In this document: positions 57,246-64,000 of the stretch, piece by piece
Layout: every line of letters begins with the position of its first letter
Numbering within the stretch: the first letter of the stretch is position 1
Origin: the human T2T-CHM13v2.0 reference genome, Homo sapiens
DNA length: 64,000 bases
NCBI RefSeq assembly: GCF_009914755.1
Contig: NC_060926.1
Strand: one strand, 5' to 3'
Notes under the pieces: model-generated
The model's database searches: none
What the model was told of the DNA's origin: nothing
Seen by the model: only the letters and a program-made list of their open reading frames with translations
Program-made: the position numbers and the translations under genes

Positions 57246-57553
57246 AGCCGGGCATGGTAGCTCACACCTGTAATCCTAGCACTTTGGGAGGCCGAGGCAG
57301 GTGGATGACTTGAGGTCAGAAGTTTCAGACCATCCTGGCCAACATGGTGAAACTCCATCTCTACTAAAAATACAAAATAGTTAGTTGGGCGGGCGTGGTG
57401 GTGCATGCCTGCAATCCCAGCTACTCAGGAGGCTGAGGTGAGAGAATCACTTGAACCCAGGAGGCAGAGGTCGCAGTGAGCCAAGACCATGCCACCGCAC
57501 TCCAGCCTAGGTAACCGAGCGAGACTCCATCTCAAATAATAATAATAATAATA
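57246..57553 (+). mobile_element. AluS with (AAT)n tail
   Basis: Dimeric Alu. Confidence 0.94.
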
Positions 57554-57836
57554 GGCTGGGCGCGGTTGCTCACGCCTATAATCCCAGCACTTTGGGAGGC
57601 TTAGGAAGATGGATCACCTGAGGTCAGGAGTTCAAGACCAATCTAAACATGGTGAAACCCTGTCTCTACTAACAATACAAAAATTAGCCAAGTGTGGTGG
57701 TGCACGCCTGTAATCCCAGCTACTGGGGAGGCTGAGGCAGGAGAATCACTTGAACCCAGGAGGTGGGGTTGCAGTGAGCTGAAGTCATGCATCACACTCC
57801 AGCCTGGGCAATAGAGCAAGACTCTTTCTCCAAAGT
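57554..57836 (+). mobile_element. AluS inserted in the tail of the preceding Alu
   Basis: Head-to-tail dimer; outer TSD ataatat(t/c)gag flanks the pair. Confidence 0.93.
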
Positions 57837-58934
57837 AAGAATAATGATAATATCGAGGAGCAGAAAAGCAGCTGCAGTGAGTGGAACATGAGGCAGAGGT
57901 GATTAGCCAACACTTTATCTTTGTGCCTCTAATTGTCCTCTGGTCCTGAAAGAACCTGGTGACAGTTGGCTAACCTAATGTGGAAAGAGGAGGTAAAGAG
58001 TCAAGCCACAGGTGCAAAGATCAAACCTTTTGTCAGAGGTAAGTGGAAAAGGGAACAAAAGATTACAATCCTGGAGATGTAGACAGGAAAGCAAAATTGC
58101 AGAAACCTGCAATTACAGTGTCATGAGAACTGGCCAGAGGAGGAAAGCCTGCTTTAGAAAAGACAGAGAAAAAAGGTGAAAAGATTCTTTGTTGTTGTTG
58201 CATGTGTTGCAGGTATAGGGAAGTGATAGACCAGTAATGTTTGTGGAAAATATGTGGGTTGAGTGAGGAAAATTATAAAAACATTGAACATGTAGCTAAT
58301 TTTTAAACAATTTTAAGTGCAAAGGGATCAAACGATAGAATGCACGGGAAATGCTTAAATTATAAAGTGTTATACAAAAGTGGAGTGGTACTTATTTTTA
58401 TATGAGTATATTTATAATAAAACCAGAAAGACAAAGGAAAGCCAGTGCAAGAGCCTGGACTGAAGCTGTGCTGGGCTTTGCTGCCGCTCTCGTTGCCTGG
58501 GAGGCTCCTCCTTATTTTGAATCGCAGCTCCACTCTACCTCTGGCCCTGAGTGCTTGGGCACAGCCGTTCAGCAGCTGGCCTGTGATTACCCCAGGTGGT
58601 GCTATGTCAGGAATTACTTGAGCAATTCTCCCACTATGTGTTGTTTTGGGTTTGCAAGATCCCATCACGATCCTGAAAGACCCATTACCTCATAGGACTC
58701 CCCATATTAGGTGGCAGAAACTAACAGCATATGTTGGTGAAGTGGGTTCTGGGAAGGAAGGGATGCTGCGCTGGGACTCAGGGAGGAGCGTAGGACACCC
58801 GGGCTAAGGAGGAGTCTTTATTACATTTGTGGGAAAAGTACCTGTTTTTCTTTCCTGAAGGTTTCTAAAATACACCATTCGTACTATGGCCATATCTCAT
58901 CACAGACTGTTGTTTTTCAGGGTCGCTACTCACA

Positions 58935-59080
58935 CTCTCTCCCTTTTGCCATCCAGCTCGCTCTTCTTCCATCTTTCTCTTTCCTCTCTTCACTTTTCTT
59001 ACTTGCTTTTCATTGTCACTCTTTTCTTTCTCCTCTTTTACTCTTTGCCTCCTTCCTTTTCTTCTCTTGCTCTTTCCTTC
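58935..59080. repeat. CT-rich polypyrimidine tract
   Basis: Direct inspection. Confidence 0.85.
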
Positions 59081-59280
59081 TGGCCGGTTAGCATTTTCTG
59101 AGAATAGATCATGTGGAGCTGAGAGACTGGCTAAAATGTGGGATTTTTCAAAAAGATCAACTACGTTTAAACCACATGCCACATGCCAGCTTCTCCTCCC
59201 ACCTCGTGGGGCAGGCTGTGTAATCAGAGTCCAGGGGCTGCAGAAAGAGGTTGTGCAGGAGTCACTAAATAATCACTTCT

Positions 59281-59585
<305 letters not shown>

Positions 59586-60324
59586 AATGATCACTTCTTA
59601 AATGAAAAACATTTGTCTCCCTCCAAGAGAGGCTTCCAGGAGCCCTGAACCCAGAGGGACAGAGCTGCTATGAGTGGATGTGTTTTCTACTGAATCTCAC
59701 CTCATGTGCTCAGAGCCACTCCCTTGTGGCCTTAGGATCGGCTCTGCTTTTGGAGAGGGTAATCAATCTACAGAGCAAAGGTTTATAGGAGGAATCCCCA
59801 ATATTTTTATTTCCAAGGGCCCCTATATTTGCTTTTGAAAGATTTGGTCTCCAAGCAATTAAATGACTTATTTTTAATGACCCTATTAAGATGGCATTGT
59901 TTCTCCGTGTTCTAATTAATCACAGATGAATGCATTTGCCAGTCAGGCTTCTGATGAGCTCGAAGCGCCTAGTGTTCCCACATGAGAAGGTTCAATTGCA
60001 GCCTGGTGCAACACCAGTTGACATTTCAGTTGACCCTTGAGGTCTGATAACAGATATATATGCTGCTTCTCCTGGGCTTCCCAAAATATTTCAACACCCT
60101 AGAGGCCCAAGACACTCAAGCTACCTTCCTGGGGAACACTGATTTGCAATGTTCAATGCAATTGATTTGCAATTGATTTGCATTGAAGTGCAAGTGATGA
60201 CAAGGTGATTGATCACAGGGACACTCAGAACCCTGACACGTGACATTTAAGGGGACGTTTAAGAAAAGATCACCTTAGGAAACAAGGAGGGAGAAGTTGT
60301 GACTGGGATAGAGAAGTTCTGGAC

Positions 60325-60789
<465 letters not shown>

Positions 60790-61334
60790 GCCCTGCGGAA
60801 GGCTTCTTTTGGGGCTCAGAACTCTGCTCCAGTGATGCTAAAAGCAACTGAGATTAGCTGCCTGGTCTGCCCAGCAGGCCCTTTCCCCAGAATAGCAGCA
60901 GTGGCCATCTGCCCTGATATATTGACCTTGAACCTGACCTCTGACCCTTGGCTCAATGAGTATTAAACTCCTTTAAGGATTTCAATGAGTGTTCTGAGGC
61001 CATCTATTTTGTGCCAGGCACTGGGGTTATAAAACCAAATAAGCCAGACCTAGCTGGTGAGGACAGAGCGTAATAATAGTGGTGACAAACACGTAAGCTA
61101 ATGTTTAAGATGGAGGTTGGTGAGGGGTATTTGGGATATTCACAAGAGGCTCTGGAAGCACCTCAGAGGGGGTGACTGACTCTGCCTGAAATGGAAGGAG
61201 AGAAAGTAAACACCCAAGGAATCTAGGAGGATAAACGGCAGTTTGCCAAGGAAATTTTTGTTTTCTTAACACTTGTGCTAACATCCATGCATATTATCAT
61301 CATATTGTCTACAAAAATGTGATTACACTGGAAA

Positions 61335-61545
61335 GCTTAGAAGTGAGACAGATCCATGTTCTCATATTGGCTTGGCTACTAATTAACTGTGTAGCATTGG
61401 GACAAGATCTGTAAATTTTTTGTAAAGAGTTGTCTGAAAATGGGAACAATAATAATATTCATATGGTTGCTTTGATAATTAAATAAGACAACAAATGAAA
61501 GTACAAATGCCTGATGCATGGTAAGTTGCTAATAAATATTAACTA
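61335..61545 (+). mobile_element. MIR SINE
   Basis: tctgaaaatgggaacaataata...aattaaataaga...aataaatattaactatt. Confidence 0.65.
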
Positions 61546-61730
61546 TTATAATGTGCATGGTATTCTCAACCGCTTATGTATAAATAACTTTGGTTGTCTC
61601 TATGAAAATATACAGAGCACTGCCGTTTTCGTGGCTGCAAAGTATCTTTATATCAATGTACCAGTTTACATAACTAGTTCCTTACTGTGGATGTTTAGAT
61701 GGTTTCCGATTTACAAAGAAAGCTCTCACA

Positions 61731-62040
<310 letters not shown>

Positions 62041-62814
62041 GAGGTCTTTGTACATATATCTTTGTGCAAGTATTTCCATAGTATTAATTTCATGAACTGA
62101 AACGGCTGAGTCCAAAAGCTTTTCACAGATATTACTAATTGCCTTCCAAGTAGGGTGCACCATTTTAAATTCCCACCAATGATAAATGAGACTGTTTTCC
62201 CATCCACTTACCAGCACTAGGTATTGTCAGTCACTTCAATCTTTGCCGTGAGGGTTTTATTGGAACAGAAAAAAAAAAAAAAAAACAAGAGCAAGTCCAA
62301 AGAAGGAGGTAGGAAGACATAAGAAAATACATAAAAGGGTTCAAGAAGTCAAAAGAAGAAGAGAGGTCAAGGGCAGAGGGCTAACTGGGGGGAAGGCCTG
62401 TCTCCACCTGGCTCTGGTCCATGCAGGATGAGGATGTCCCAGGGTCAAATCCTGGGAGACTGCCCCTCTGCTCAGGTTACTGGGTCACCAGGACTGAGGC
62501 AGTACCAGGATGACTCTAGAGGAATTCATTCTCCAGAGTCTCATGATCTGGGCTCAAGACACTAGGCCATGTCATCTGCTCCTTTTGGAGGAGGCCCATG
62601 ACAAAAGCCTTCTCCATATCCCTGGAGTCTCAACTGATGGCCGTCTCAGACAAACAATTCATTTCAAACAACATTTTGAAAACACCCAGCTGGCATAGAT
62701 TTCCACTGCGGGGCTCTCAGAATAGCAGAGAAGTTCAAGCCAGCGAAAGCAGAGAAACTTTTCTAAAACACTCCCATGCTATATTTTGTCCTCAGAGGCA
62801 GTCTAAGGCAGGAG

Positions 62815-63020
62815 AAAGAGCTTTGGATGGAATGGCCTCAGATTCACACAGCCTTGCATTAAAATCTCCAACTCTGCCACTTACTAGCTGGGTGACTTTG
62901 AATCACCCCAGTTACCTCATCTGAAAAATGAGGATCATATTCTCCCCTGTAGGGTGAATCATCTTAGAAAGATTACATAATGCAATCTATGTCAAGGGCT
63001 GGGCTCATTGATGAACGGAA
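62815..63020 (+). mobile_element. MIR SINE
   Basis: ctctgccacttactagctgggtgactttg...cctcatctgaaaaatgagga. Confidence 0.8.
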
Positions 63021-63309
63021 GCTCTCTCTTCCCTAAACAAGGTGGAAAGGTGGTGCTGGTGCCCTGGAAACACCCTGGTGCTTCCATTTTCCATTTTACA
63101 CTGGGCAGTTTAGCATGTGTGAATTGGACTTTTTGTAGAATTCAAAACAAAAACAAAAACAAAATCCATCACCATTGCTCCAGTGTCTACTTTCCAAAAG
63201 AACCACTTGTATGGACAGACTGTGGCAATTCTATGAAGAGGATAAAAACCACTGTTTCATACACTTTAAACAAGCGAATTGAGTGGTATATAAAAAAATC
63301 TCAATCGCA

Positions 63310-63462
63310 TTATTATATAATATATAAAAATATATATAATATAATATATAAATTATATATTATAATACATTATATTATATAATATACATTTATATATAAT
63401 ATAACCCATAAATTATATATAATATATATTATAAATAATATAATATGTATAAAAGTATATAT
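63310..63462. repeat. (TA)n-rich low complexity
   Basis: Direct inspection. Confidence 0.92.
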
Positions 63463-63663
63463 AAAACAGAAAGATTATTTGTAGATATCAGTTTTCTGCT
63501 CCCAAATTATTTGGCCACACAAAGAACCAATGAGAATGAAATATAATCACATATTGAGATATCAACGTTTGTGCTTTTCTTTTTTACAATTCCTCAGTCT
63601 TAATTATTGCCTTCAAAACATCTGTGCCATTTGCAGGGGTGGGGGGAATTAAGATTGTTCAAA

Positions 63664-63845
63664 CAATAGACATTGGACACTCAGGCGGGTGGAAGGATGA
63701 GAGCAGGGTGAGAGATGAGAAATTACTTACAGGTAATTTGAGTGATGGCTATCCTAAAAGCTGAGGCTTCACCACTACACAACATCTCCAGGTCTCAAAA
63801 CTGCACTGTACCCCCACAAGTTATTTTACTTATACAAAATTTAAA
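63664..63845 (+). mobile_element. 5'-truncated L1 (L1MA/PB-type) 3' end
   Basis: gggtgagagatgagaaattact...ttcaccactacacaa...aaaactgcactgtacccc; TSD attgttcaaa. Confidence 0.85.
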
Positions 63846-64000
63846 AATTGTTCAAAGGGTACTTCAAAGAGAAAAAAGTCAATTTTTTTTGTTCATTTCC
63901 AAATTCCAAATTCAAAAATTTTGAAGACCAATTTTTTTTTTTTTAATTTATGCAAGGAGCGTTTTGTTGACAGAAGAAAAGGCTCTTGACAATCCAAAGG

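Overview
This is primate (very probably human) non-coding genomic DNA, judged from about 30 Alu elements spanning AluJ/S/Y plus THE1B, MST and MER9 (HERV-K9) LTRs. A large fraction is interspersed repeat: Alu, MIR, L2, old L1M, MaLR/ERVL/ERVK solo LTRs, hAT and Tigger MITEs, and a CR1/L3 reverse-transcriptase fossil. I found no credible protein-coding exon, tRNA, rRNA or CRISPR array; the ORF track is explained by Alu, LTR, microsatellite or chance frames. I cannot name the locus. The unique sequence looks regulatory. It includes a ~13-kb AP-1-dense tract (19-32 kb), two TATA-containing candidate promoters (~30.7 and ~38.2 kb), a RE1/REST-like site (49.8 kb) and homeodomain/octamer-rich islands. 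The most unusual structures are three: (i) a ~280-bp dispersed duplication (12.9 and 19.5 kb) in which an AP-1 site is lost at one position and present 13 bp away; (ii) a 136-bp-arm inverted repeat enclosing a ~42-bp minisatellite (52 kb); and (iii) many small template-switch-like duplications and palindromes. I cannot support a claim of a new biological system. Repeat family names come from recalled consensus sequences and need RepeatMasker/Dfam confirmation. Boundaries of old elements are approximate.
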